A stretch of DNA of 53,098 nt from NCBI GenBank assembly GCA_038045945.1, contig JBBSXC010000007.1:1-53098 (forward strand), in the 5' to 3' direction. Positions 19,730 to 29,160 of this stretch are shown one piece after another. This stretch comes from Nanobdellota archaeon (lineage in GTDB: Archaea; Nanobdellota; Nanobdellia; Pacearchaeales; GW2011-AR1). Made by a program: the position numbers and the translations under genes. Within the stretch, counting starts at the first letter, position 1. Each line of letters starts with the position of its first letter. Under the pieces are notes generated by a model. That model had not been told where the DNA came from. It worked only from the letters and a program-made list of their open reading frames with translations, and searched no databases.

Positions 19730-20119
19730 TTATTTTTCTAGTGATTTTACTTCTTTGTTTACCCATTTGTCTCCCACTAGGTAGAAGTATGCTCCTAACA
19801 TGTCAAATCCTATGTCCCATATGATGTTTGTTTTGTTGTCTGCTGAGAAGAATATTCCTCTGCTGTAAAATATCCATTCGTATACTTCCCAAAGTATTGC
19901 TAGTGTTAGTATTGTTAGGAGTTTTTTTGTTTTTGATTTATTGAAAACTTTGTCATTTGTCATCAAGTACATTAGTATTAGTCCCATCATTACATGTCCT
20001 AAACTCCATAAGTCTATGTACACATAATCATTTTTTATTAGTCCTGTGTTCATTATTGTTGTGAATGCGTCAATCCATGCGTTTATGTCTTCAAATATCA
20101 TTATTTCTTTATGCTCCAA
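19730..20119 (-). CDS. Small membrane protein
   Basis: DLWSLGH, LWEVYEW, NIIWDIGFDMLG; TM segments. Confidence 0.7.
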   Translation of the reverse strand: MEHKEIMIFEDINAWIDAFTTIMNTGLIKNDYVYIDLWSLGHVMMGLILMYLMTNDKVFNKSKTKKLLTILTLAILWEVYEWIFYSRGIFFSADNKTNIIWDIGFDMLGAYFYLVGDKWVNKEVKSLEK

Positions 20120-20152
20120 AGTTTTATATAGTCTGCGTCTAACTTTCTTATT

Positions 20153-20461
20153 ATGGAGTTTTGTCCTAAGTGCGGCGGTTTAGTAACTGATAAGAAGAAG
20201 AATTCTCAGTGTATGAAGTGTGGTCATTCTATTAAGGGTATTACTAAGATTAGGACTAGCGAGAAGATTGAGAAGAAGCCAGAGGTGGGTATTGTTAAGG
20301 AGAAAGAAGTTGATGTTTTCCCTACGACTAACGCTGTTTGTCGTAAGTGTAAGCATGGTGAAGCTTACTTTTGGTCTGCTCAAACTCGTGCAGGTGACGA
20401 GGCTGAAACTCGTTTTTTCAAATGTACTAAGTGTAAGTATTCTTGGCGTGAGTACAGATAA
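20153..20461 (+). CDS. tfs: Transcription factor S (TFS/RpoM)
   Basis: MEFCPKCG; two Zn ribbons; QTRAGDE acidic hairpin; C-terminal WREY. Confidence 0.95.
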   Translation: MEFCPKCGGLVTDKKKNSQCMKCGHSIKGITKIRTSEKIEKKPEVGIVKEKEVDVFPTTNAVCRKCKHGEAYFWSAQTRAGDEAETRFFKCTKCKYSWREYR

Positions 20462-20553
20462 TAATTAAAGTTTTTTTCTTACAAGTTCTTGTATATTCCT
20501 AAACTACCTATTTGTTTAAATAATAGTTTTTTGGTTTATTCTGGAGGTTAAAA

Positions 20554-21621
20554 ATGAGGCAGTATCATGATATTATCAAGGAGGTTTTGAGAAGGGGTGA
20601 AGTTCAGCCCGAGATGAGAACTGGCCAGTTCGTTCTTAGTATTCCTTCTTGGCGCACTTCTTATGATACTTCTAAAGGTTTACCTATTGTTACTACTAAG
20701 AATATTCCCCATCGTCTTCCTTTTGAGGAAATTTTTTGGAAGTTAAGAGGTGAAAGAACTGCAAAAACTCTTTCTGATAAAAAAATAACTATTTGGAACG
20801 GTAACGCTTTTGATTTGTACGTTAGAAATAAAGGTCTTGATGCTCAGTATCCTAAAAATACTCCTGCTTGGAACGCAGGCTTTGCTGAGTTTAACGAAAA
20901 ATTAAGAGCTGGCGAAGTTGATGGCGATTTAGGCCCAGTTTATGGTTATCAGTGGAGGCATTGGAAAGATTCCGACGGTAGTGAAGTTGATCAGGTTAAA
21001 GATCTTTTTGATAGTATTAAAAAAAATTCTGGTTCTAGATATCATACTTTAAGTGCTTGGAATGTTGGTGATCTTAAAAAGATGGCTATTGGTCCTTGCC
21101 CTTTCTTTCACCAGTTTAGTGTTTATGGCGATAACATTGATCTTGTTGTTAATCAGAGAAGTTGTGATGTTTATTTAGGTATTCCTTTTAATGACTCTCA
21201 GGATACTTTGCTTCTTCACATGGTTGCTAGGGAAGTTGGGCTTAATCCTCGCAATCTTGAGAGGCTTATGGGTAATACTCATATTTATTTGGGTGTTTCT
21301 CCTAGGGCTGATTTTTGGCTTGATAAGGATAATGTTTTTGAGTTTAGGAAAAAGTTTGTTTCTATTAATAAAAGAGAAGATTATATGGGTTTAAGGGATT
21401 GGTATTTGTCACGTGCAGGTCCCGAGTCTTCAGGTAATGAAAAGAAGGATCATGTTCCTTTCACGCTTGAACAATTATCAAAGGAGCCTAAAGATCTTCC
21501 TAAGCTCGTTTTAGGTGATGTTCCTTTCTTTGATGCTATTCATAAGCTTCCTAAAGAGGTTTGTTCAGTCGTTGGTTATGACCCTCACATTTGGGATTCT
21601 TGGGCTGTCATGGCTGCTTAA
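20554..21621 (+). CDS. thyA: Thymidylate synthase (divergent ThyA)
   Basis: RTG, PIVTTK, IW, GDLGPVYGYQWRHW, DQ, SAWNVG, PC, QRSCDVYLGIPFN, HIY. Confidence 0.9.
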   Translation: MRQYHDIIKEVLRRGEVQPEMRTGQFVLSIPSWRTSYDTSKGLPIVTTKNIPHRLPFEEIFWKLRGERTAKTLSDKKITIWNGNAFDLYVRNKGLDAQYPKNTPAWNAGFAEFNEKLRAGEVDGDLGPVYGYQWRHWKDSDGSEVDQVKDLFDSIKKNSGSRYHTLSAWNVGDLKKMAIGPCPFFHQFSVYGDNIDLVVNQRSCDVYLGIPFNDSQDTLLLHMVAREVGLNPRNLERLMGNTHIYLGVSPRADFWLDKDNVFEFRKKFVSINKREDYMGLRDWYLSRAGPESSGNEKKDHVPFTLEQLSKEPKDLPKLVLGDVPFFDAIHKLPKEVCSVVGYDPHIWDSWAVMAA

Positions 21622-21665
21622 GTAAGAACTTTTTTAAAGCCCCTTTTTCTTCCTTTATTCGTTAT

Positions 21666-21740
21666 GGTTCCGTAGCTCAGCCTGGCCAGAGCACCTGACT
21701 CTTAATCAGGGTGTCGGGGGTTCAAATCCCCTCGGGACCA
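21666..21740 (+). tRNA. tRNA-Lys(CTT)
   Basis: Acceptor GGTTCCG/CGGGACC; anticodon arm CCTGA-CT-CTT-AA-TCAGG; T loop TTCAAAT; no encoded CCA. Confidence 0.95.
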
Positions 21741-21897
21741 TTGCCATTTTTTTTCTTCTTTAGAAAAGTTTTTAGCATAAATATTTTGTGAGAATAATTT
21801 ACCACCTCTCTTTCATCAACCTCCTTTTTTTTAGTTAAAACTAAAAAATAATAATCGAGTTTATGTCTGAGTTATAGCTTTTTTTATAAAAAAACTT

Positions 21898-22164
21898 TTA
21901 TTGTAATAGTTTTCTTATGTTTTCTATGTGGTCTGCTATTTCTGTTCCTTTCTTGGTCAGCTTTATTATCTTTATACGGCCTTGTTTTTCAAACAAAACA
22001 AGCCCAAGCTTTTCAAGTGTTTGCAGAATTTTTACAGCGTGGCTGTAAGTGCAGTCTACTTCTTTGGCTAAAACGCTTCCATATCTCGCTTTAGAAACTT
22101 TTTTCAGAGCTATTAGCATTAGTGCTGGTTTGCGTCTAAAAAATATGTCGAAGTTGTCTTTCAT
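21898..22164 (-). CDS. Winged-helix (MarR/ArsR-like) transcription regulator
   Basis: LAKEVDCTYSHAVKILQTLEKLGLV..EKQGRIKIIKLTKKG. Confidence 0.85.
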   Translation of the reverse strand: MKDNFDIFFRRKPALMLIALKKVSKARYGSVLAKEVDCTYSHAVKILQTLEKLGLVLFEKQGRIKIIKLTKKGTEIADHIENIRKLLQ

Positions 22165-22376
22165 GATTTATTTCCTTTATAGTTTTTTGGCAAATATCGA
22201 ATATATGCTTTCCAAACTATACATTGGAACCTTTATTTTTCTTTTTAAACCTTTCCTTAAATGACGATAATTTTTCACTACGACTTGGTGGAGTATAGAA
22301 ATAGACTATTATAGTGACACTTCTTTATTTTTTCTTAAAGACAAGCTTTAAATAAATACTTAATTAATAATTATTC

Positions 22377-23714
22377 ATGATTGATATTAATTTGCTTCGT
22401 GATAATCCCGATTTAGTTAAGGATAATATTAAGCGTAAGGGTCAGGATGAAAAAGTCGTTCTTGTTGATACAATTATTGATCTTGATAGGCAGTGGCGTG
22501 CTTGTAGGGTTGAGGCTGATACTCTTCGTCATGAGAGGAACAAGGTTTCTCAGGATATTAATGAGACTAAGAAGAGTGGTGGTGACATTAAACACTTGCT
22601 TAATAAGGCTAAGGAAATACCTGCGAAGCTTGTTGAACTTGAGAATAAGGAGAAGAATCTTCAGGAAGAGATTAAGAAGCATTTGTCTACTATTCCTAAC
22701 ATTTTTTCTAAGGAAACGCCTAAGGGCAAGGATGGTTCGCAAAATGTTGAGATTATGAAGTCTGGTAAGATCCCTAAGTTTTCTTTCACTCCTAAGAATC
22801 ATGTTGAGTTACTAGAAAATTTAGGTCTTGTTGATTTTGATGCTTCTGCTAAATCTTCAGGTAACGGTTTTTATTATTTGAAGGGCGAGTTAGCTATTCT
22901 TAATCAAGCTCTTATTAGGTTCGGCATTGATTTTATGAGGAGTAAGGGTTATGATTATATTGAGACTCCTTTAATGCTTAATAATAATTCTCTTTTTGCT
23001 TCTATGAATAAGGAGGCTATTGAGCAGTCTGTTTATCGTATTGCTGGTGAAGATTTGGGTTTGATTGGTACTTCTGAGCAGGCTCTTCTTGCTCTTCATT
23101 CTGGTAAAACAATACTTGAGTCTGATTTGCCTAAAAAGTATTTTTCTTACTCTATGTGTTTTCGTAAAGAAGTTGGTGCTCATGGCATTAATGAGAGGGG
23201 TTTGTGGAGAACTCACCAGTTTAATAAGATTGAACAATTCGTTTTTTGTAAGCCCGAGGATTCTATTAAGATTTATGACGAATTATTAAAAAATTCTGTT
23301 GATATTCTTAAAACTCTTGATCTTCCTTTTAGGGTTATTGAGATTTGTACTGGTGACTTGGCTGATTGGAAGTATCGTAGTGCTGACTTGGAGGTTTATC
23401 GTCCTACAACTAAGGAGTATGGTGAGGTTATGTCTTTGAGTAATTGTACTGATTATCAGGCTAGGAAGCTTGATATTAAGTGTGTTGATTCTCAGGGTGT
23501 TCGTAGAGTTCTTCACACTCTTAATGATACTGCTCTTGCTACTTCTAGGATTATGGTTTGTATCATTGAAAATAATCAGCAAGAAGATGGCTCTATTACT
23601 ATTCCTAAATCGCTGTGGAAGTATACTGGTTTTAAGGAAATGAAAGCAAAAAAGGTTCCTGCAAGGAAGGAAGAGAAGTCTAAAGTAAAGAAGGTTGTTA
23701 AGAAGAATAAATAA
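22377..23714 (+). CDS. serS: Seryl-tRNA synthetase
   Basis: MIDINLLR; coiled arm; GTSEQ, CFRKEVG, RTHQFNKIEQF, SNCTDYQAR, HTLN. Confidence 0.97.
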   Translation: MIDINLLRDNPDLVKDNIKRKGQDEKVVLVDTIIDLDRQWRACRVEADTLRHERNKVSQDINETKKSGGDIKHLLNKAKEIPAKLVELENKEKNLQEEIKKHLSTIPNIFSKETPKGKDGSQNVEIMKSGKIPKFSFTPKNHVELLENLGLVDFDASAKSSGNGFYYLKGELAILNQALIRFGIDFMRSKGYDYIETPLMLNNNSLFASMNKEAIEQSVYRIAGEDLGLIGTSEQALLALHSGKTILESDLPKKYFSYSMCFRKEVGAHGINERGLWRTHQFNKIEQFVFCKPEDSIKIYDELLKNSVDILKTLDLPFRVIEICTGDLADWKYRSADLEVYRPTTKEYGEVMSLSNCTDYQARKLDIKCVDSQGVRRVLHTLNDTALATSRIMVCIIENNQQEDGSITIPKSLWKYTGFKEMKAKKVPARKEEKSKVKKVVKKNK

Positions 23715-23720
23715 CTTTTT

Positions 23721-24722
23721 TTATAATTTTATTGGTAGTCCGCTATTCATTGATTTTCTTGATGCTTCTAAAACTTCTGTTACTCTTCTAGCAAATTGTA
23801 ATCCTGTTTTGAATTCTTCTCCACTTGTTAAGCAATCAAAGAAGTGTTTTATTTCTCTTGCTAGTGGTTGGTCTTTATGGTCTCTTAGGTCATCAATTAC
23901 TACTTTCTCTTCGTTTGTTTGTCCTGTTCCTTTTTTTGTTAAGTATACGAGTTTTGGTATTCCATAATCGTCTATTATTGCTCCTCCGCCAGTCCCGCTT
24001 ATTTCTATAGTTCTTGTTTTTCTTGTCCCTAGCCAATTCGCATTCATGGTTGCTCTAGTTTGGCCATGTCTCAATAATATGTCTGCTACTTCTTCATACC
24101 CCACCACGCCGGGTTTTCTTATTCTTGATTCTCCATCAGCATAAACTGTTGAAGTTTTTCCAGGTAGTAAGTCTACCATCATCGATATGTCGTGGACTAG
24201 TATGTCTTCTAGTACTGAGTCATGTTCTCTCAGTTTTGAATCAGCTGAGAATCTTGAATTCCATGTTCTTACCCCCCCAAACAGTCCCCCCGTTACATCT
24301 TTTCTTAATTGTTCTACTGCTTTATTGTAAAGCATTAAGTATCCTACCATTATTCTTCTTCCAGATCTTTCACAGTTTACTTCTAGTGCACACGTGTCAT
24401 CAACTTTTGTTGTTCCTGGTTTTTCTAAGAATACGTCTTTACCAGCCACTAAGAATGCTTTAGCGTAATTTACGTGCGTATTTGTTGGTGTTGCTATCAT
24501 TACTGCATCAACTTCTTTATCATGAAGTATTTCTTGCATATTGTTTGTCGGCTTAACTTCGTAGGGTCGGCTTTTTTCTGCTATTGCTCTTATAGCATTT
24601 TCTACATCTCTTGAGAATAAGTATTTTACTCTTACTTCTTCTGGTGCGAAATCTCTTATTGTTGTGTTGAAAATGTTTTTTCCCCACTTAGTCCCTAGTA
24701 CCGCTATTGTTCTTTGGCTCAT
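23721..24722 (-). CDS. Gfo/Idh/MocA family oxidoreductase
   Basis: N-terminal Rossmann fold; IATPTNTH, VFLEKP, DILVHDI. Confidence 0.88.
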   Translation of the reverse strand: MSQRTIAVLGTKWGKNIFNTTIRDFAPEEVRVKYLFSRDVENAIRAIAEKSRPYEVKPTNNMQEILHDKEVDAVMIATPTNTHVNYAKAFLVAGKDVFLEKPGTTKVDDTCALEVNCERSGRRIMVGYLMLYNKAVEQLRKDVTGGLFGGVRTWNSRFSADSKLREHDSVLEDILVHDISMMVDLLPGKTSTVYADGESRIRKPGVVGYEEVADILLRHGQTRATMNANWLGTRKTRTIEISGTGGGAIIDDYGIPKLVYLTKKGTGQTNEEKVVIDDLRDHKDQPLAREIKHFFDCLTSGEEFKTGLQFARRVTEVLEASRKSMNSGLPIKL

Positions 24723-24825
24723 CCGAAATTATTCTTTTTCTTTGCTTTTATACTTTGTTGGTTTTTATTATCCTGTTTAGTTGTCTTACATAAAGCTTAA
24801 AATACCTAAATTCTCATTTACTGAC

Positions 24826-25524
24826 ATGTCTCTAAAGAATGTTATTGTCCCTAAACATGTAGGGATCATCCTAGATGGTAATCGTCGTTTTGCTAAGAGG
24901 CTTATGACTATGCCTTGGAGGGGTCATGAGTTTGGTGCTGGTAAAATTCATGATTTGTTAAAGTATTTTAAGAGTTATGGTGTTATGGAATTAACTCTTT
25001 ATGCTCTTTCTATTGATAATATTAACAATCGTCCTAAGAATGAGCTTAGTATGTTATTCAAAATTTTTCGTGATGAACTCCGAACTATGAGTTTGAAAGA
25101 ATTAAAGGATGGGGGTATTAGTATTAGGTTTGTTGGTAATTTGATTATGCTTCCTGATGATATTAGGCTTCAGTGTGAAAAGCTTGAGGGTGATACTTCT
25201 AAGAATAAGCCTTTCATTGTTAATTTTGCTATTGCTTATGGTGGTCGTGAGGAAATAATTAATGCTGTTAAAAGGATTATTGTTAGTAAGGTTAAGCCTT
25301 CTAGTATTAATGAAAAAACTTTTAGTAATAATCTTTATTTGTCTCATGATCCTGACTTAATTATTCGTACTGGTGGAGAAAAGCGTACTAGCAACTTTTT
25401 GCCTTGGCAGAGCACTTATAGCGAATGGGTTTTTCTTGATAAGATGTGGCCTGAGTTTGGTAAGGAAGATTTAAAAGCTTGTATCACAGAATTTTCTAAT
25501 AGGAAAAGAAATTTTGGTAAATAA
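24826..25524 (+). CDS. uppS: cis-prenyltransferase (undecaprenyl/dolichyl diphosphate synthase)
   Basis: PKHVGIILDGNRRFA, YGGREEI, DPDLIIRTGGEKRTSNFLPWQ, RNFGK. Confidence 0.95.
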   Translation: MSLKNVIVPKHVGIILDGNRRFAKRLMTMPWRGHEFGAGKIHDLLKYFKSYGVMELTLYALSIDNINNRPKNELSMLFKIFRDELRTMSLKELKDGGISIRFVGNLIMLPDDIRLQCEKLEGDTSKNKPFIVNFAIAYGGREEIINAVKRIIVSKVKPSSINEKTFSNNLYLSHDPDLIIRTGGEKRTSNFLPWQSTYSEWVFLDKMWPEFGKEDLKACITEFSNRKRNFGK

Positions 25525-25530
25525 AAAATT

Positions 25531-26097
25531 ATGGTAGAAAAAACTTTAGTTATTGTTAAGCATGATGGTGTTCTTAGAGGTCTTGTTGGTGAAATTCTTA
25601 AGCGTTTTGAGAATACTGGACTAAAAATTGTTGGTATGAAAATGGTTTGGGCTTCTGAGAAAGTTGCTAGAGAACATTATGTGGCTGATGAAGCTTGGGC
25701 TAATGGCGTTTTTAACAAGGCTAAGACTGCGTTCCAAACCCAAGGTAAAGTTTTGCCTTTTGATACTGCTAAACAGTATGGTGATTATATTCAGAAGATG
25801 AATCAAGATTATCTTAAAGAAGGTCCTGTTGTAGCTATGGTTTTTGAGGGTTATCATGCTGTTGAGGTAGGTAGGAAGCTTTCTGGTAATACTGAGCCTA
25901 GACAGGCATTACCGGGTACTATTCGTGGTGACTTCATGTTTGATTCTTACTCTGCTGCTAATTCTAAGGAGAGAAGTGTTAGGAATCTTATTCATTCTTC
26001 AGGCACTGTCGATGAGGCTAACAGAGAAATTTCTTTATGGTTTGATAAGGGTGAGATTCATAATTATTCTAAAGATTTAGATAAACATCACAACTAA
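25531..26097 (+). CDS. ndk: Nucleoside diphosphate kinase
   Basis: EKTLVIVKHDG, GPVVAMV, PGTIRGDF, NLIHSS. Confidence 0.95.
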   Translation: MVEKTLVIVKHDGVLRGLVGEILKRFENTGLKIVGMKMVWASEKVAREHYVADEAWANGVFNKAKTAFQTQGKVLPFDTAKQYGDYIQKMNQDYLKEGPVVAMVFEGYHAVEVGRKLSGNTEPRQALPGTIRGDFMFDSYSAANSKERSVRNLIHSSGTVDEANREISLWFDKGEIHNYSKDLDKHHN

Positions 26098-26110
26098 TTT
26101 TTTTTTAACA

Positions 26111-27028
26111 ATGGTTCTTCCAGATAGACTAACCAGCACAGGTATCAGTTCTAAATACTCTAATGCTATTAATCATGCTTTGCAAGACTATGTTGATTGG
26201 TGCCAGATTAGAGGTGAAGCTCATCATCAGAGTAAGGTTCATTCTTTTAAGGATACTATAAGTCAAGCTAAACTTTTATCTATACATGGCAAGGATTATC
26301 ATGACAAGCTTAGGCTTGCAGAACTAACTTTTTTTGCTCATCTTCTTGATGATAAGTTAGATTCTGGAGGTATTGTTGGTGTCCGGGTTGATTCTTATGA
26401 TGATTTCCAGGTTTCAGCAACTAATGATGTTTCTAGTGTTTCTGAGAGAATGATGGATTTTGGTTTAGATCATCGTGAAAGGGCTGGTATTCGTAAAACT
26501 ATTATGAAGGTTGCTCATGGTGCTGCTATTCAGTCTTCTTCTAATTCTTCTGATCAAAAATTAAGAGCGCAAAAGTTTCAGTTAGCTGTTGCTTCCGGAC
26601 TTTCTAATAAGGGTTTTCAGTCTCGCGTTATGAATCTTCACCCTGCCGTTTTTTATCTTACTACTCATTCTTCTATTGATGCTTGGGTTTCTATAGGTTC
26701 TAGAACTGATACTTCTGATATTAGCGCAGCTTTAGATTTGTTTTTTACTCCTATGATTTATTATCATGATGCTAAAGTTGAGTCTAGGCATGTTGGTGAG
26801 GGTTTTCCTCTTGCTTATGGTAGGCGTTTAACTTCTGGTGGTATTGTTCGAGATAAGCATTTTTTTGAGATGATGAGTATTTTTGATGATCATTTTAGAG
26901 AATTATCCCATGGTAAGAATCCTTTATTGTTTGAGCAAATGCTTGCTGCTTATGATTCTTTCCGACCTCATCTTCCTTCTTCTTTGGTTTCTAAGTATGA
27001 TGATTCTTTAAAGTTTATAAGGGGTTAA
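26111..27028 (+). CDS. Hypothetical helical protein with DDxxD motif (possible class I isoprenoid synthase fold)
   Basis: HLLDDKLD plus a later YYHD; downstream of uppS-ndk. Confidence 0.6.
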   Translation: MVLPDRLTSTGISSKYSNAINHALQDYVDWCQIRGEAHHQSKVHSFKDTISQAKLLSIHGKDYHDKLRLAELTFFAHLLDDKLDSGGIVGVRVDSYDDFQVSATNDVSSVSERMMDFGLDHRERAGIRKTIMKVAHGAAIQSSSNSSDQKLRAQKFQLAVASGLSNKGFQSRVMNLHPAVFYLTTHSSIDAWVSIGSRTDTSDISAALDLFFTPMIYYHDAKVESRHVGEGFPLAYGRRLTSGGIVRDKHFFEMMSIFDDHFRELSHGKNPLLFEQMLAAYDSFRPHLPSSLVSKYDDSLKFIRG

Positions 27029-27042
27029 TCCCTTATTATTTT

Positions 27043-27654
27043 ATGGTTAGGATTCTTGCTTTTGGCGATATTCATTCTGATAAGAGGAAGGCTCGACAGT
27101 TAGCTTTGCAGGCTAAGAAGGAAAAGGTTGACTTGGTTATTCTTACTGGTGACCTTACTTATAATGATGATTTGTCTGGTATTATTGGCCCTTTTTCTAA
27201 GGAGGGTATTAAGGTTTTGGTTATTCATGGTAATCATGAGGATTCTTCTTGTTTGAATGTTTTGGAGGAGTTGTATGATAATGCTAAGAGTGTTCATGGT
27301 AAGTATCATATTCATGATTATGTCGGTTTTTTTGGTGCTGGCGGTGCTGATTGTTATCCCATTCCCACAACTGAATCAGATATTGAGAAAATGCTTAATA
27401 AGGCTCATGGTGACTTGGTTAAGAATGGTAAAAATCTTCGTAAGAAGGTTATGATTGCTCATCATCACCCTAAGGGTTCTTCTTCAGAATTTTCTGGTTT
27501 TGCGGGTAGTAGTTCTGTTCGTAATGCTATTGAGAAGTTTCGTCCTGATCTTGCTTTATTTAGCCATATTCATGAAGCTTCTGGTATGGAGGACAAAATT
27601 GGTAATTCTCGTGCACTAAACGTTTCTAGAAAGGGTTTCATTATTGACTTATAA
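27043..27654 (+). CDS. Calcineurin-like metallophosphoesterase
   Basis: GDIH, GDL, GNHE, AHHHP, SHIHE. Confidence 0.92.
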   Translation: MVRILAFGDIHSDKRKARQLALQAKKEKVDLVILTGDLTYNDDLSGIIGPFSKEGIKVLVIHGNHEDSSCLNVLEELYDNAKSVHGKYHIHDYVGFFGAGGADCYPIPTTESDIEKMLNKAHGDLVKNGKNLRKKVMIAHHHPKGSSSEFSGFAGSSSVRNAIEKFRPDLALFSHIHEASGMEDKIGNSRALNVSRKGFIIDL

Positions 27655-27665
27655 AAAAAGTTTTT

Positions 27666-28088
27666 TTATTCTTTTTGTTCTTTTTTCTTACTTATTTGGT
27701 CGTAGTGTGGTATCCATGGTATTAGGAAGCATACTACTGCTCCGATAATTCCTGGCAGGTAATATTTGAATCCGAATGCCATCCCTATTGCTGCTCCGAA
27801 CCATACTGTTGCTGCTGTTGTCAAGTTTCGTACTGTTGGTCCTCTGTGGAATATTATTCCTGCTCCTAAGAATCCTATTCCTGTTACTATTTGTGCTGCT
27901 ATTCTTGATGGTGCTGCTACTTCAGTGTTTAGTGATAAGAATGTGAATAGCATTGATCCGCATATTACTAATGCCATTGTTCTTATTCCTGCGTCTTTTC
28001 CCCTTGCTTCTCTTTCAAATCCTATTAGTATTCCTGCCATTACGCTTAGGATCATTCCTACTAAAAAGTTTGATATTAGTGTATCCAT
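27666..28088 (-). CDS. mgtC: MgtC/SapB family membrane protein
   Basis: IGFERE, AGIRT, RIAAQIVTGIGFLGAG, LTTAATVW. Confidence 0.92.
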   Translation of the reverse strand: MDTLISNFLVGMILSVMAGILIGFEREARGKDAGIRTMALVICGSMLFTFLSLNTEVAAPSRIAAQIVTGIGFLGAGIIFHRGPTVRNLTTAATVWFGAAIGMAFGFKYYLPGIIGAVVCFLIPWIPHYDQISKKKEQKE

Positions 28089-28200
28089 TTTACTTCACCT
28101 TTTTTTTCTTCTTTGTTCAAGTTTTTTTTGTTTAATAAGCTTTCGAAGGCTTATCTTTTACTTAAAATTTTAAAAATTTAATAATAAATTATTTTTTTGC

Positions 28201-28659
28201 TTAGTTTTTACTCCAAGCTGCTATTCCGATTACTACTAAGTATGCTAATCCTCCAATTATTGGTATTACTGGTAGTATTGCCCACCATGCTGGTTTGCCT
28301 ATTTTTTCGAATAGTTTCCAATTCCAGATGATGATGTAAACTGCCAATATTATCATTGCTACTAGGTTTAGGAATGGTATGAATAATCCTATTATTAGCA
28401 ACCATGGCCACCAATGCATTTGTGATGTTTTCCATGCTATTATTGCTGGACCTATTGCTGGTATCCATGCTACTGTTGGTGAAGGATACCTCGCTTTTCT
28501 TGCTATTGCCATGAATGCAAAGCTTGTGTAAATATACACTCCTAAGGATAATAGTATCATCAACCACAAAAATACTCCTACGAATAGTCCTAATGCTGCC
28601 GCCATCCCTAAATCAGGATTAGCTTCTGCGAATGCTGTTAGTTCTTGTAAAAAAATCAT
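28201..28659 (-). CDS. Membrane protein (DUF5684-like)
   Basis: AWIP, FIPFLN, KLFEKIGKPAWWAILP, IAAW. Confidence 0.7.
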   Translation of the reverse strand: MIFLQELTAFAEANPDLGMAAALGLFVGVFLWLMILLSLGVYIYTSFAFMAIARKARYPSPTVAWIPAIGPAIIAWKTSQMHWWPWLLIIGLFIPFLNLVAMIILAVYIIIWNWKLFEKIGKPAWWAILPVIPIIGGLAYLVVIGIAAWSKN

Positions 28660-28784
28660 TTTTTTTATTTTTCTTTTGACCCCCTTTCAACTAATAAGTA
28701 ACTTCTATTATTATCGAGAGATTAGTTTAAATATGTTATTCAAAACCATAAATCCTTAAATAATGTTTTTTGTTAATTATTTTT

Positions 28785-29093
28785 ATGAGTCAGTCTCTTC
28801 TTGATAAGCTGAAAAGTGATGGTTTTGAGGCTGGAGGTTTAGTTCGTAATGATAAACTTCCTGAACAACTAATTCCCCACTTGTTGGATTTAGCTCGAGG
28901 ATTTTATGATGATTTGAGAATTATTCCTTTAGAGATAGTTTTGGATGGTGTGAATGGTAAAACAAAAGAAGATCCTTCCCATGTTGTCTATGTTAAGGAT
29001 AATACTTCTCACCCTGATTATGTTAAAAATAAAGTCAGAGTCGTAACAGTCCACATGACTTGTCCAAATGGACCTTATAATAAGAGATTGTGA
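28785..29093 (+). CDS. Hypothetical protein
   Basis: ORF with TATA (CTTAAATA) about 22 nt upstream. Confidence 0.6.
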   Translation: MSQSLLDKLKSDGFEAGGLVRNDKLPEQLIPHLLDLARGFYDDLRIIPLEIVLDGVNGKTKEDPSHVVYVKDNTSHPDYVKNKVRVVTVHMTCPNGPYNKRL

Positions 29094-29160
29094 CTAAATT
29101 TTTTTGTTTTATAGTTTTACTATCTAAATTTATAAAAACTCTCAATTTCTTTTACTGATT

